NCBI GenBank assembly: GCA_050506795.1
Contig: JBJHCF010000001.1
Location: 60,556 to 124,555, forward strand
Reading direction: 5' to 3'
Origin: Opitutia bacterium
GTDB lineage: Bacteria > Verrucomicrobiota > Verrucomicrobiia > Opitutales > T3Sed10-336
DNA length: 64,000 nucleotides
A program made the position numbers and the translations under genes. Shown in pieces: positions 19,500 through 31,532 of this stretch (positions are counted from its first letter, which is position 1; each line of letters opens with the position of its first letter). A model generated the notes under the pieces. The model was not told the DNA's origin and made no database searches. It was given only the letters and a program-made list of their open reading frames with translations.

Positions 19500-20773
19500 G
19501 AGATCGGCCTCGGAGGAACGTACGCGCGGTACTCGTTTTTCAGGTTGGGCATAAGGGGAATGTCTCCCTGGATATGCAATGTATAACGTATCCGGTTTTT
19601 GGAGGCTTCGAATGAATGGGGCAGGGAATCGGGCACCTGGTATTCCAGGTCCCCGTGCGGAAGCTCCATCCGGTTGTCGCTCTGGAAGAGGGTCTCGCGG
19701 AGAAAGGTCTTTCGGTTGGTTACCGTGCTCCGGTTTTTGCCGCTTCCGGTGGTGTATTCGGCTTCGGTGATGCCCTCCAGAAAGATCTTCAGGTTGCGGA
19801 GGCCGGTGCTGCCTCTGGTGAAACGCCAGGAGATTTTTACCGGGTGTCCCGGGTTCAGGGTGGCCGCGTCGGCCTCCACCTGGATGCGGGGCCCGAAGAA
19901 AAAGGAAACGCCGGAATAAACCGCACCCAGAAACACGCCCACTCCGATCAGGGCAAAAAGCCCAAGGACCAGGCGCGGAACGATATCGCCTCCGGGTTCC
20001 AGCGGTCCGCCGACACTCAGGAACAGAAAAATGACCCCGTTCCACAGCAGGGCGAAGATCAGGAGCCCGACGAATTTTCCCAGTGGGCTGTGAACCGGCT
20101 TGAGGGGGACGGTCCCTCCGGGCGGAGGTTCGGGAGGGAACTCCGGCAGACCCAACAGCGACGCGTCACGCAGCGCCCGCGGGGCTTCCGAATCGCCCGA
20201 ACGCACGGAGGCGGAGGTTTGTTTTTTGCGAATGGTCAGCACTCCTCCGGTCACAACGCCCAACCCGACCAATACAAAAACGAGCGGTAGCAGAGTTAAG
20301 ATAAACGAGGCTCCCATGCGTCGGTCCAGGACGGCTTCCTCGGGATTCCGGGGGTTGACCAACGCGGTGTGGGAGGAACCCGCGGGGTAACGCGCCACGA
20401 CCTCTCCGGCCCATCCGCGGTTGCTGGACGACACCTCCATGAAGCGGTAGGAGTCGCTTTCGTACTCGGTTCCATCCCAGGTGTACCGGAATAAGATTCC
20501 CGGACGGTAATTGACGCCGTCGGAGGTGCTGCGCCGGACCACCTCGCTTGAGACGATCACACAGGAGACTTCCTCCCATTGCCTGGAGTCGCTGGACTTC
20601 TTCCACACGTCGACGGACATGAACCAGGTGAAGGCCGACCCCGCGAGAGTGAAAATCAGGCCAAAGAGAATCAGGAACACGCCGGCGCCGCGTCCGCCGC
20701 GCCCCGCGTGTTTGGCTTTTGGGGGTTTCGCCGATCTGTGGCGACGATTGCCGAAGTTCAGTTTGAGGTTCAT
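19496..20773 (-). CDS. DUF3592-domain membrane protein with C-terminal arrestin-like module
   Basis: TM plus DUF3592-like core (VSCVIVSSEVV...YRPGILFRYTWDGTEYES), further TMs, then a soluble C-terminal domain. ATG 20771-20773 (MNLKLNF) chosen over the track start at 20911. Confidence 0.6.
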   Translation of the reverse strand: MNLKLNFGNRRHRSAKPPKAKHAGRGGRGAGVFLILFGLIFTLAGSAFTWFMSVDVWKKSSDSRQWEEVSCVIVSSEVVRRSTSDGVNYRPGILFRYTWDGTEYESDSYRFMEVSSSNRGWAGEVVARYPAGSSHTALVNPRNPEEAVLDRRMGASFILTLLPLVFVLVGLGVVTGGVLTIRKKQTSASVRSGDSEAPRALRDASLLGLPEFPPEPPPGGTVPLKPVHSPLGKFVGLLIFALLWNGVIFLFLSVGGPLEPGGDIVPRLVLGLFALIGVGVFLGAVYSGVSFFFGPRIQVEADAATLNPGHPVKISWRFTRGSTGLRNLKIFLEGITEAEYTTGSGKNRSTVTNRKTFLRETLFQSDNRMELPHGDLEYQVPDSLPHSFEASKNRIRYTLHIQGDIPLMPNLKNEYRAYVPPRPIS

Positions 20774-20900
20774 GGGAAATTCGCGGTTGCAAGAGTGAAG
20801 GATCCACCCGCGAATAACAAGTGAAGAATCAACATCTCCGCCAGACAGTGCCAATTTCATTCTGACACCCTCCGACGCCACGCGAACGCCACCCCCGTTT

Positions 20901-20957
20901 ACCAAAACCAAGAACGACGAACCAAGAACAAAGAACCAAAAACCAAGAACGAAGAAA
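20901..20957. repeat. ACCAAGA heptamer array (complement GGTTCTT family)
   Basis: accaaa|accaaga|acgacga|accaaga|acaaaga|accaaaa|accaaga|acgaaga. Lies immediately downstream, in gene orientation, of the minus-strand gene ending at 20958. Confidence 0.85.
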
Positions 20958-21338
20958 CTACCCCGCCGCCACCCGGGAGGGAACCGGGGCCTTGCGGAAG
21001 GTCCAGAGCACCGCGAGGGAGGCCAGGGTGCCGAGGAGCATCAGGGTGATCAGGGCGGCCGCGAACGCTTTGGGTTCGCCCGCCGCCGTATCCATCCAGC
21101 TGACACTTGAACGCCAGATAAACACCAGGGACAGGAAGCCCGTGGTTACCGCCGCCGCGATTCGTGCCCAGGGAATGCCACTGAGCATCAGCACCCCCCA
21201 GCCGAATGACAGCGCGCCGAAGACGCTGCCGGAAATCAGGGCCGTCTTGGCCGCCTCGGGATTGGAGAGGTAGCCGGTCAGTCCGCACAGAAAAAGAAAC
21301 AGCCCGTACCCCAGAAACCATTTGCCGCAAAATCGCAT
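20958..21338 (-). CDS. small four-TM membrane protein (TMEM14-like)
   Basis: 126 aa. GLTGYLSNPEAAKTALISGSVFGALSFGWG resembles the TMEM14/UPF0136 pattern. Confidence 0.45.
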   Translation of the reverse strand: MRFCGKWFLGYGLFLFLCGLTGYLSNPEAAKTALISGSVFGALSFGWGVLMLSGIPWARIAAAVTTGFLSLVFIWRSSVSWMDTAAGEPKAFAAALITLMLLGTLASLAVLWTFRKAPVPSRVAAG

Positions 21339-21380
21339 GATTCTTGTATGAACGATGAAACCGGCCGCGGCGCAAGCCGT

Positions 21381-21773
21381 TCAATCCGATTTTTTCGCTT
21401 CTTCCTGGGGAAAGAGCCGCTTGCAGTCGAGGCAGCGCAGGTTTTTCTGGGAAAAAGGCAAAAGAGTCCCGAACACCACGATCAGCAGCACGGCAAAGAA
21501 GGGGAGACGCCGGTGGTCGATTTCGGTGGAGTTACAGAAGGGACAGTGAAGCAGCTTTTCCGGCTCCAGCGGCTTCAATTCGAGAACTTCGCGCGCCAGG
21601 GCCACCTGATCCTCGGGAACCCGAACTTCGACTCCACCGACCGCGTGGGATGCCAGCGGATAAACACCGGCGATCAAGTCGTTGTTCAACACCGCGTCAA
21701 CCCCGTGGCCCCGCAGACGACTCTGCGTCATGTGGGCGTCGACCACGTGGTCGTATGTGGCCACGATCACCAT
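21381..21773 (-). CDS. DUF2007-like protein with C-terminal zinc ribbon
   Basis: MVIVATYDHVVDAHMTQSRLRGHGVDAVL resembles the DUF2007 N-terminus. CPFC...CLDC. The start at the internal Met (21773) is assumed. Confidence 0.45.
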   Translation of the reverse strand: MVIVATYDHVVDAHMTQSRLRGHGVDAVLNNDLIAGVYPLASHAVGGVEVRVPEDQVALAREVLELKPLEPEKLLHCPFCNSTEIDHRRLPFFAVLLIVVFGTLLPFSQKNLRCLDCKRLFPQEEAKKSD

Positions 21774-21815
21774 GGAAAAGACCTTAAACTTTTCCGCGGC
21801 GCCTGGCAAATTCAA

Positions 21816-22034
21816 TCACCGGCCGGACTGGCTCTCCGCCTTGCGCTTCTTTTCATCGGCCACGATGGCCTTGAACATGTGCATGGCGATCCAGGCGGTC
21901 AGGGTCATCCCCAGGGCGCCCAGGGCCGCCCAAAAGGCCACCCAGGTGCCGTCGAACGACGGCACGGTGGGCCTCAGCGCAAAAAAGCTGATAAAGAAAA
22001 ACGGAACGATGAAAAAGAGTTCGCGAATGGTCAT
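21816..22034 (-). CDS. small hydrophobic protein (hypothetical)
   Basis: 72 aa with two hydrophobic helices. Its stop abuts the next ORF. Weak support. Confidence 0.3.
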   Translation of the reverse strand: MTIRELFFIVPFFFISFFALRPTVPSFDGTWVAFWAALGALGMTLTAWIAMHMFKAIVADEKKRKAESQSGR

Positions 22035-22233
22035 GTCTGAAAGACAGTATTTATGGCATGCCCCTTACCCCCATGCCAAGGAAAAATCAGTCCGGCAAAA
22101 CGTGCCCCTCCTATCCCCTGTTTCCTATCCCACGTCCCTCTCCCCCCGCCCTGAGCCCGCCGAAGGGCTCGCCCCTCGTCCCACGCCCCACTTTCCTGTT
22201 GCCCGCTGCTCAGGGCGTTTCTATATCCTTCCC

Positions 22234-23514
22234 ATGATCGATCTGAAAGTACTGAGGGAACAACCCGCGCGGGTCCGGGCCGCGATCGAAGCGAAGGGAG
22301 TCGACTGCGATCTGGATGCCGTGCTGGAAGCGGATCAGGCCCGCCGGGCCGGTTTGCGGGAGGTGGAGAGTCTGCGGGCCCGGCAGAAGGCGGCCAACGG
22401 TGAAATGGCGGCTCTCCCCAAGGGATCCCCCGAGTTCCGGGAAAAGGTGTCTGAAATGAAAGCCCTGGCGGCCGAGCTCAAGGAGCGGGAAGCCGCCTTG
22501 CGGGTGACGGAAGCCCGGTGGACCGAGCTTTTCCTGGCGGTGCCCAATCTGCCGCACGAAAGTGTGCCGGTGGCGCCGGATCCCTCGGGCAACGTGGTGT
22601 TTTCCAACTGGGGCGAAGAGCTCAAGGCATGTCCGCACGCACGGCCGCATTACGAGATTCCCTGGCTGGAGCAGTTGATCGATTTTCAGCGGGGTGTGAA
22701 AGTGGCCGGAGCCGGTTTTCCTTTCTATCGGGGCGATGGCGCGCGGCTGATTCGGGCGCTGGTGCAGTTTTTTCTCAACGAGGCCCGGGACCGGGGCTAC
22801 GAGGAGATCTATCCGCCGCTGGTGGTGAACGAAAAGAGTGCCACCGCCACCGGCCAGTTGCCGGACAAGGAGGGGCAGATGTATCAGACGGTGGAGGACG
22901 ATCTCTACCTGATCCCCACCGCCGAGGTTCCGGTGACCAATTTTCTGCGTGACGAAATTCTTCCCGAGGCTTCGCTGCCGGTCAAGGCCACCGCCTACAC
23001 CCCTTGCTTTCGGCGGGAGGCCGGCAGTTACGGGAAAGACGTTCGCGGACTGAACCGGTTGCACCAGTTCGACAAGGTGGAGTTGGTGAAGTGGGTGCAT
23101 CCCGAGAAAAGCTATGACGAACTGGAAAGCCTGCGCGAGGATGCGGAGGCGCTGGTGCGCAAGCTGGAACTGCCTTACCGCGTGTTGCTGATGTGTACCG
23201 GCGACCTCGGTTTCACCCAGAGCAAGAAATACGACATCGAGGTTTGGGCCGCCGGACAGCAACGCTGGCTGGAGGTTTCCAGTTGCAGCAATTTCGAGGC
23301 GTTCCAGGCGCGTCGGGCCTCCACCCGTTTTCGCGATGCCGACGGAAATATCGCTCCGGTGCATACGCTCAACGGATCGGCCCTGGCCGTGCCTCGCATC
23401 ATGGCGGCCTTGCTGGAAAACAATCTGCAGGAGGACGGATCGGTCCGGGTGCCGGAGGTGTTGCGCCCCTGGCTGGGGAAGGACGTGATCAGTCCGGTTG
23501 GCGGCGGGGGATGA
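22234..23514 (+). CDS. serS: serine--tRNA ligase
   Basis: MIDLKVLREQP start, coiled-coil arm, and class II core motifs (FRREAGS, GSALAVPR). The track ORF extends spuriously to 21682. Confidence 0.92.
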   Translation: MIDLKVLREQPARVRAAIEAKGVDCDLDAVLEADQARRAGLREVESLRARQKAANGEMAALPKGSPEFREKVSEMKALAAELKEREAALRVTEARWTELFLAVPNLPHESVPVAPDPSGNVVFSNWGEELKACPHARPHYEIPWLEQLIDFQRGVKVAGAGFPFYRGDGARLIRALVQFFLNEARDRGYEEIYPPLVVNEKSATATGQLPDKEGQMYQTVEDDLYLIPTAEVPVTNFLRDEILPEASLPVKATAYTPCFRREAGSYGKDVRGLNRLHQFDKVELVKWVHPEKSYDELESLREDAEALVRKLELPYRVLLMCTGDLGFTQSKKYDIEVWAAGQQRWLEVSSCSNFEAFQARRASTRFRDADGNIAPVHTLNGSALAVPRIMAALLENNLQEDGSVRVPEVLRPWLGKDVISPVGGGG

Positions 23515-24975
23515 ATGGACGCTTTTGTCAACGAGTGGGAGGAACGCGGCCGGGGCCTGGCCGCGCGTTTTCCTCTTGATCGGCTCGATACCGGCGCGGT
23601 CGCGCGACTGCGGGCTTCGCCGCCAGGGGCGTTGTGGGGAATCGCCTGTTCCGGGGGAGCCGATTCGGTTTGCCTGGCGATTTTGCTCCACGCGCATTTT
23701 CCCGGGCGTCGCGCCGATATGCGGATTTTGCATTTCAACCACCGGTTGCGCGGGGTCGAATCCGACCGCGACGCGGCTTCCGTGGAGGCGCTGGCACGCC
23801 GGCTCGGTTTGCGCTGCGAAGTGGGGGCGTGGGAATCGGCGCCGGCCGGCGGCGCTTCGGCGGCGGAAGCCCGTCAGGCTCGGTTCGGTTTTTTCCAGCG
23901 GGTCCTGGCTGCCGCCGACAAGCCTTTGCTGATCCTTGGTCAGCAGCGAGACGACATTGTGGAATCACAACTGATGGCGCTTTCGCGAGGCGGCGGCACG
24001 GCTTCTCTCGCCGCGCCCAGGCCGGTTTCGACGCCCGAGCGCGAGGTGGTGCGGCTGCGGCCTTTGCTGGATCTGGGCGCCGATGAGATTCGTCGGGTGT
24101 TGCAAGAGCTTTCCATTCCCTGGCGGGAGGACGCCAGCAACAGTTCGCGCGACTATTACCGCAACCGCCTGCGGCAGGCGGTCCTGCCGGTTTGGCGCGA
24201 AGCGTCTCCGTTTGATGTCGCCCGGGGCGCCGCCGCCGCGCGGATTCGGCTGGAGGAGGACGATGCCGCCCTCAAGGTGTGGACGGACCGGGTGATGGAA
24301 TCCTGGTCCCACGAGGACGGCTTTCCCGCCGCCGCGGTGCGCGATCTGCCCCGCGCCGTGGTTCGTCGCGCGCTTACCCACTGGCTGGCGGGCGAGGGGC
24401 TGCGGGAACATTTGGCATCGTCCGGGTTTGAGGAACTCATGGCGGCGATGGCCGGAAAGGATCCGTTCCGCCGCAGTGCGGGTCCGGAGGCGCTGTTATG
24501 CTTTGATGGCGAAGTTCTGAGACGGGAAGGCGCCGCCGTGGCGGATCCGCCCTGGACCGGTGAAGTTTATTGTCCGTTGGGCGCCGAGGTCCATTTCCCC
24601 GGTGGACGCCGGTTACGGGTTGGTGACCAGAACCTGGATGCACGCGATCGAGAGGCGGTGTTGGCAGGGGAGGTCGATCATTCGGTGGAAGCAGTTGTTG
24701 ACTCTGCCGGGATGGAGGCTCGCGGAGTTCTGGTTCGTTTTTGGAGACCCGGCGACCGATTTCATCCTCTGGGCGCCCCCGGTTCGCGCAAGCTTCAGGA
24801 TATTTTTACCGATCGAAAAATTGATGTGGAGGAACGACGGCGGCTTCCCCTTGTCTGCACGGATGAAGGCTCCATTATCTGGTGCCCGGGCTTCCCCCCC
24901 GCCGAACGTTTTAAGATTGGAGGATTGACGAGACGTGTTGTGCGTTTGACATATCGGAGCGGTGGGGCAAGCTGA
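23515..24975 (+). CDS. tilS: tRNA lysidine(34) synthetase
   Basis: PP-loop ACSGGADS and TilS substrate-binding C-domains. Starts one base after the serS stop. Confidence 0.85.
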   Translation: MDAFVNEWEERGRGLAARFPLDRLDTGAVARLRASPPGALWGIACSGGADSVCLAILLHAHFPGRRADMRILHFNHRLRGVESDRDAASVEALARRLGLRCEVGAWESAPAGGASAAEARQARFGFFQRVLAAADKPLLILGQQRDDIVESQLMALSRGGGTASLAAPRPVSTPEREVVRLRPLLDLGADEIRRVLQELSIPWREDASNSSRDYYRNRLRQAVLPVWREASPFDVARGAAAARIRLEEDDAALKVWTDRVMESWSHEDGFPAAAVRDLPRAVVRRALTHWLAGEGLREHLASSGFEELMAAMAGKDPFRRSAGPEALLCFDGEVLRREGAAVADPPWTGEVYCPLGAEVHFPGGRRLRVGDQNLDARDREAVLAGEVDHSVEAVVDSAGMEARGVLVRFWRPGDRFHPLGAPGSRKLQDIFTDRKIDVEERRRLPLVCTDEGSIIWCPGFPPAERFKIGGLTRRVVRLTYRSGGAS

Positions 24976-25009
24976 AGATGAGATAGTATAGAGCCTGTTC
25001 CCGTTTATT

Positions 25010-27037
25010 ATGTCCGACAACCAACAGCAGGGTCCCGCCAAACCGCCGACCCCCGACAATAATAACAAGTACCAGCCAAAGGTCTTGTTCATCTGGCTCG
25101 CGATTTTCGCGGCGATCGCCAGCTTGTGGATTTTGAATCCCACCCCCGACATGGAGCGGCCGGTCACGGTGAAACAGGTCCTTGATCTGGCCCAGGAGGG
25201 GAGAATTGAGGCTGCCACTGTCAGAGCCAACAAGCGGGGCGGACACGATTTTGTGGACATCACCGGGACTTTCGCCACCCGGGTGCCGGAGCTCAACGTG
25301 GATATGGGAGAGCGCTTCAAGGCCAGCGGTCGTTTGACCGAGGGCAATCTGGACATCCTGCGTGACAGTCTGGGCGCGGATGCCTTGAAGGAGGAGCCGT
25401 CATCCACCGTGATGTCGGATATCCTCATCTCGCTGTTGCCGTTCATTCTCATTATCGCGCTTCTCTATTTTCTTTTCATCCGCCAACTGCGAATGGCCGG
25501 CAAGGGCGCCATGAGTTTCGGCAAGAGCAAGGCCAAGATGCTCACCCGTGACCGGCAAAAGGTGTATTTCCGGGATGTCGCCGGCTGTGATGAGGCCAAG
25601 GAGGAGGTCCAGGAGGTCGTCGATTTTCTGCGCGACCCCAAGAAGTTTCAACATGTCGGCGGACGTATTCCCAAGGGCTTCCTGATGGTGGGGCCTCCCG
25701 GAACGGGTAAGACATTGCTGGCCAAAGCGGTGGCCGGTGAGGCCGACGTTCCCTTTTTCACTATCAGCGGTTCCGACTTCGTGGAAATGTTTGTCGGGGT
25801 CGGCGCCAGCCGGGTGCGCGATATGTTCGAGCAGGGTCGCAAGAACGCGCCCTGCCTGATTTTCATTGACGAAATCGACGCCGTCGGCCGGCAACGCGGC
25901 GCCGGAGTGGGCGGAGGCAATGATGAACGCGAACAGACGCTGAATTCGCTGCTGGTGGAAATGGACGGCTTCGAAGGGCATGAGGGAGTGATCATCATCG
26001 CCGCCACCAACCGTCCGGACGTTCTCGATAGCGCACTGCTCCGTCCGGGGCGTTTCGATCGTCAGATTATGATCGATCTCCCCGACCTGGCCGGTCGGCG
26101 CCAGATTCTGGATGTCCACGCGAAGAAGATCAAGTTGGAGGAGGATGTCGATCTCGATGTGGTGGCCCGCAGCACACCGGGGCTCTCCGGTGCGGACCTG
26201 GCCAACCTGCTGAACGAATCCGCGCTCATCGCGGTGCGTTACGGGGCGAAAAAGGTTTCCCTCTCCCACATTGAAGAAGCCCGGGAAAAGATCCAGTACG
26301 GCCGCGAGCGGCGCCGTATCATGGACGACGAGGACAAGCGCCTGATCGCCTACCACGAGGCGGGTCATGCCTTGATCCAGGCGGTGGTCGACGACGGCAG
26401 CCTTCCGCTGCACAAGGTGACCATCATCCCGCGCGGGCAAAGTCTCGGCAGCACCATGTTCCTGCCGAAGAAGGACACTTACAATTATTCAAAAAAGCGG
26501 CTTCTTAACCAGATCGCCAGCATCATGGGCGGCCGCATCGCGGAAGAGCTGGTGCTGGGAGATATTTCCAGCGGGGCCAGCGGCGATATCAAACAGGCGA
26601 CCAAGATTGCCCGTCACATGGTCTGCGACTGGGGTATGAGCAGTCTCGGCCCGCTTTCGCTGGGCGAGAATCAGGACACGGTGTTTCTCGGAAAGGAAAT
26701 CAACCGCACGCAGAACTACAGCGAGGAAACCGCGCGAAAAATCGACGCGGAATTGCATCGCATCATCGACGAGCAATACGAGCGGGCCACCGGGATCATG
26801 AAAGAGCGGCGATCAGCGCTCGATGCCATCGCCGACGCCCTGATGGAACACGAAACCATCGACGGCAAACACGTCCATGAGATCGTGGAGCACGGGGAAA
26901 TTCGTTCGCCGGTGGAAAAGGCGCCCTCGGTCATCCACCAGGAAAAGAAAAAGCGCGAAAAGGAGAAAGCCGCTGCCGAAAAGAAGAGCAAGAAAGTCGA
27001 CGATCCCCCCGGCGATCCCGCCGGGGCGGTGGCTTGA
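25010..27037 (+). CDS. ftsH: ATP-dependent zinc metalloprotease FtsH
   Basis: Walker A GPPGTGKT, the SRH region, and the HEAGHA zinc motif. Confidence 0.95.
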   Translation: MSDNQQQGPAKPPTPDNNNKYQPKVLFIWLAIFAAIASLWILNPTPDMERPVTVKQVLDLAQEGRIEAATVRANKRGGHDFVDITGTFATRVPELNVDMGERFKASGRLTEGNLDILRDSLGADALKEEPSSTVMSDILISLLPFILIIALLYFLFIRQLRMAGKGAMSFGKSKAKMLTRDRQKVYFRDVAGCDEAKEEVQEVVDFLRDPKKFQHVGGRIPKGFLMVGPPGTGKTLLAKAVAGEADVPFFTISGSDFVEMFVGVGASRVRDMFEQGRKNAPCLIFIDEIDAVGRQRGAGVGGGNDEREQTLNSLLVEMDGFEGHEGVIIIAATNRPDVLDSALLRPGRFDRQIMIDLPDLAGRRQILDVHAKKIKLEEDVDLDVVARSTPGLSGADLANLLNESALIAVRYGAKKVSLSHIEEAREKIQYGRERRRIMDDEDKRLIAYHEAGHALIQAVVDDGSLPLHKVTIIPRGQSLGSTMFLPKKDTYNYSKKRLLNQIASIMGGRIAEELVLGDISSGASGDIKQATKIARHMVCDWGMSSLGPLSLGENQDTVFLGKEINRTQNYSEETARKIDAELHRIIDEQYERATGIMKERRSALDAIADALMEHETIDGKHVHEIVEHGEIRSPVEKAPSVIHQEKKKREKEKAAAEKKSKKVDDPPGDPAGAVA

Positions 27038-27072
27038 TCCGCGGATTGCTCCACTTTAGCCCCTTAATTCTG

Positions 27073-27100
27073 AAATCTTGCGCAAATCGCGCAAGATTTT
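27073..27100 (+). terminator. rho-independent terminator of ftsH
   Basis: 11-bp stem AAATCTTGCGC / GCGCAAGATTT, loop AAATC, followed by a T run. Confidence 0.65.
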
Positions 27101-27102
27101 CT

Positions 27103-27166
27103 GGAGGGCAACGCTCCGCCGTTGCCGCCCGATCGGCAAATCGGAAGCGGCGGAGCGTTGCCCTCC
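27103..27166. repeat. perfect 19-bp inverted repeat with nested hairpin (GGAGGGCAACGCTCCGCCG ... CGGCGGAGCGTTGCCCTCC)
   Basis: Arms at 27103-27121 and 27148-27166 with a 26-nt loop. The left arm contains a 7-bp hairpin (27107-27126) that recurs with compensatory changes at 40407-40433. Confidence 0.85.
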
Positions 27167-27226
27167 ACGTAACTCCTGATTGGTAACGGCTAGGCCGGAT
27201 TATGGATCAGGAGTCTCCCGCGCGGC

Positions 27227-28807
<1,581 letters not shown>

Positions 28808-28861
28808 TCATAGGGAGACGCGGGAATTGGCGGAGTCGTCTCGCCGGACAAAATTTCTCTA

Positions 28862-31429
28862 TTACGCCATCGTTTCCGTCACCGGTCCGGCGGCCAGCAA
28901 TCGCAGGGGAACTTCCCCCCGGTCGCGGGCCTCGGACAGATCGACTTCGAAAACGACGGACCAGTCGTTCAGGTCCTGGGTGTCGACAAGGATCTGCTGC
29001 ACGACCCAGCGGCGGGGTTCTTCCCGGATAAAGGTGTTTTTGGTGTTGCGCGCTTCGGGGTCGAGGCGGATCCGTTCGTGTTCCGCGAAGTAGGGGGCGA
29101 AGAGACGCTCCAGCCGCTCCGGTGTCCAGGCTTCGCCGTCGACGTCATCGGGCGAAACGAGACCGGCCAGGGCCTCCTCCCAGTTGCCGCGCGCCACCGC
29201 CCGGACCCGGTCGAATACCGCGTTGCGCACCATGGCGCCAAACTGCCGGCGGTGGCGGGTGATGTCGGGAGGGCCGGCGACCCGGGGAGCCGCCTTACCG
29301 TCGGCGGCTTCCTCCGGCGAACGGTATTCCGGATCGCGCATCCGTTCCCATTCCTCCAGCAGACTGGAGTCCACTCCGCGAATCATTTCCGCGAGATAGG
29401 TTTCGATTTCCAGAATCGGTTCGGTTTTTTCCGTTTCCGGGACGGTCTGGACCAGCGTTTTGTAGACTCCGGAAAGGTGGCGCAGGAGGATCCCTTCCGA
29501 CCGGTGCAGGTCGTAATCCTTGATGTAATCGGCGAACGACATCCAGCGTTCGAACATTTCCCGGGCGATGGATTTGGGCTGAATGTTGGCTTCGCCCACC
29601 CAGGGGTGTTTTTCGGCAAAAGCGTTGAAGGTTCCGTAGATGAACTCCCGCCTCGGCTTGGGATATTCCACGGAGTCGAGCGCGGCCATGCGACGATCGT
29701 ATTCCACGCCTTCGGCTTTCAGGCGCGCCACTTCCTCCGATTTGGCGCGGGCCAGTTGCCGGCGCAGAATCACATCGGGGTTCTCCACGATTGACTCGAC
29801 CAGTGAGAGGACATCCAACGCGTGATCCGGATGTTCCGGGTCGAGCAGCGACAAGGCGTCGATCAGGAAAAGCGAGAGGGTCTGGTGCAGGGAGAAGTTG
29901 TCCTGCAAATCCACGTTGACCCGAAGCCGGCTCTTGGTCTCGTCCGGTTCCCGCGGCAGAATTTCCACGATGCCGCGATCGAGCAGGGTGCGAAACAATT
30001 GCCAGGCGTTGCGCAGGTGACGCTGCTTCTCCCGGGGTGGCTCGTGACTGTCGCGAATCAACTGTCGCATGGCCTGGCAGCCGTCGCGGGGACGGCCCAG
30101 GACTTGCAGCAGGATGCCGTGATTGATGGCGAAATTCGAGTTCAACGCTTCCGGCGGCGACTCCCTCAGCCGGCGAAAGGTTTTGGCGTCCCAGGTGATG
30201 AATCCCTTGGGCGGAGTGCGCTTCACCATCTTGCGCTTCTTTCCCGGATTGGCGGCCGCCTTTTCGTCCAGTATCCGGTTTTCAATGATATGTGCCGGAG
30301 CCTGCGCGACCACCCAGCCCTGATCGTCGAATCCCTTGCGTCCGGCGCGGCCGCAAACCTGCTGAAAATCCCGGACGCTCAAAATGCGGTTCTTTTCGCC
30401 GTCGTATTTGCTGAGCTGGGTGAGAAGGACGGTGCGAATCGGGACATTGATTCCGACCCCCAGGGTGTCGGTGCCGCAGATCAGTTTCAACAAACCCTGT
30501 TGGGCCAGTTTCTCCACCAGCACCCGGTACTTGGGCAGGAGTCCGGCATGGTGCAGGCCGATGCCCTGACGCAGAATCCGTTTCATTTCCTGACCGTACG
30601 GACTGCTGAAACGAAATCCGTCCAGTTCACGTGAGATGAGTTCCCGGTCGTCGCGCGAACAAAGGCCCAGGCTGGTGAAACTCTGCGCGTTCTCGGCCGC
30701 TTCGCGTTGAGTAAAGTGCACCACGTAAACGGGCGTTTTTTTGGTGGCGACAAGTTCTTCGATGGTTTGGGTGAGCGGGGTTTCCGCGTAGGAGAATTCG
30801 AGCGGCACCGGGCGTTCGCTGGAGGTCACCACGGCCGTCGGGTGATTATTGAGCGCGGTCAGGCGTTCGGCGAACTGGTCGAGGTTTCCCATGGTGGCCG
30901 ACATCAAAAGAAAGCGCGCCTGGGGCAGGGTGAGCAGCGGGATTTGCCAGGAGACACCCCGGTCGCGGTCGGAGTAGTAATGGAACTCATCCTGGATGAC
31001 GTCGTGCACTTCCGCCTCCCGCCCCTCCGCGCACCCCATGTTGGCGAGAATTTCAGCCGTGCAACACAGGATGGGCGCCCGGCGGTTGACCGTGGCGTCG
31101 CCCGTCATCATGCCGACCATTTCCGGTCCGAAGTCCCGGCACAGCGCCAGGAATTTCTCGTTGACCAGCGCCTTGATGGGACAGGTGTAAACCGAACGCC
31201 GTCCCATCGCCGCCGATTTAAAATGCATCGCCAGCGCCACCAGGGATTTTCCCGAGCCGGTCGGGGTGTTGAGAATGACATTCTGGTCCGCGAAAACCGC
31301 GAGAATCGCCTCCTCCTGGGCCGGATAAAGCTCGATTCCGGCAGCGTTCACATAGGCCAGGAATCGATCGAGCAATTCATCCGGACCAAAACGTTCTCCC
31401 GGCGACGGCATTGACAAAGCAGGAACCAT
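28862..31429 (-). CDS. DEAD/DEAH-box (Ski2-like) helicase with DUF3516-type C-terminal region
   Basis: Motif [19 protein letters not shown], and the helicase C domain. About 855 aa, as in DUF3516 helicases. Confidence 0.85.
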   Translation of the reverse strand: MVPALSMPSPGERFGPDELLDRFLAYVNAAGIELYPAQEEAILAVFADQNVILNTPTGSGKSLVALAMHFKSAAMGRRSVYTCPIKALVNEKFLALCRDFGPEMVGMMTGDATVNRRAPILCCTAEILANMGCAEGREAEVHDVIQDEFHYYSDRDRGVSWQIPLLTLPQARFLLMSATMGNLDQFAERLTALNNHPTAVVTSSERPVPLEFSYAETPLTQTIEELVATKKTPVYVVHFTQREAAENAQSFTSLGLCSRDDRELISRELDGFRFSSPYGQEMKRILRQGIGLHHAGLLPKYRVLVEKLAQQGLLKLICGTDTLGVGINVPIRTVLLTQLSKYDGEKNRILSVRDFQQVCGRAGRKGFDDQGWVVAQAPAHIIENRILDEKAAANPGKKRKMVKRTPPKGFITWDAKTFRRLRESPPEALNSNFAINHGILLQVLGRPRDGCQAMRQLIRDSHEPPREKQRHLRNAWQLFRTLLDRGIVEILPREPDETKSRLRVNVDLQDNFSLHQTLSLFLIDALSLLDPEHPDHALDVLSLVESIVENPDVILRRQLARAKSEEVARLKAEGVEYDRRMAALDSVEYPKPRREFIYGTFNAFAEKHPWVGEANIQPKSIAREMFERWMSFADYIKDYDLHRSEGILLRHLSGVYKTLVQTVPETEKTEPILEIETYLAEMIRGVDSSLLEEWERMRDPEYRSPEEAADGKAAPRVAGPPDITRHRRQFGAMVRNAVFDRVRAVARGNWEEALAGLVSPDDVDGEAWTPERLERLFAPYFAEHERIRLDPEARNTKNTFIREEPRRWVVQQILVDTQDLNDWSVVFEVDLSEARDRGEVPLRLLAAGPVTETMA

Positions 31430-31532
31430 TAATCGAGGGAATACCGTTTATCCGGGGGAAAAGGCAATGCCCGTCCGCGACCGCCTTCCACTCCGCGGAC
31501 GATGTGGTACGACACCGTTTTTAGCATCCTGC

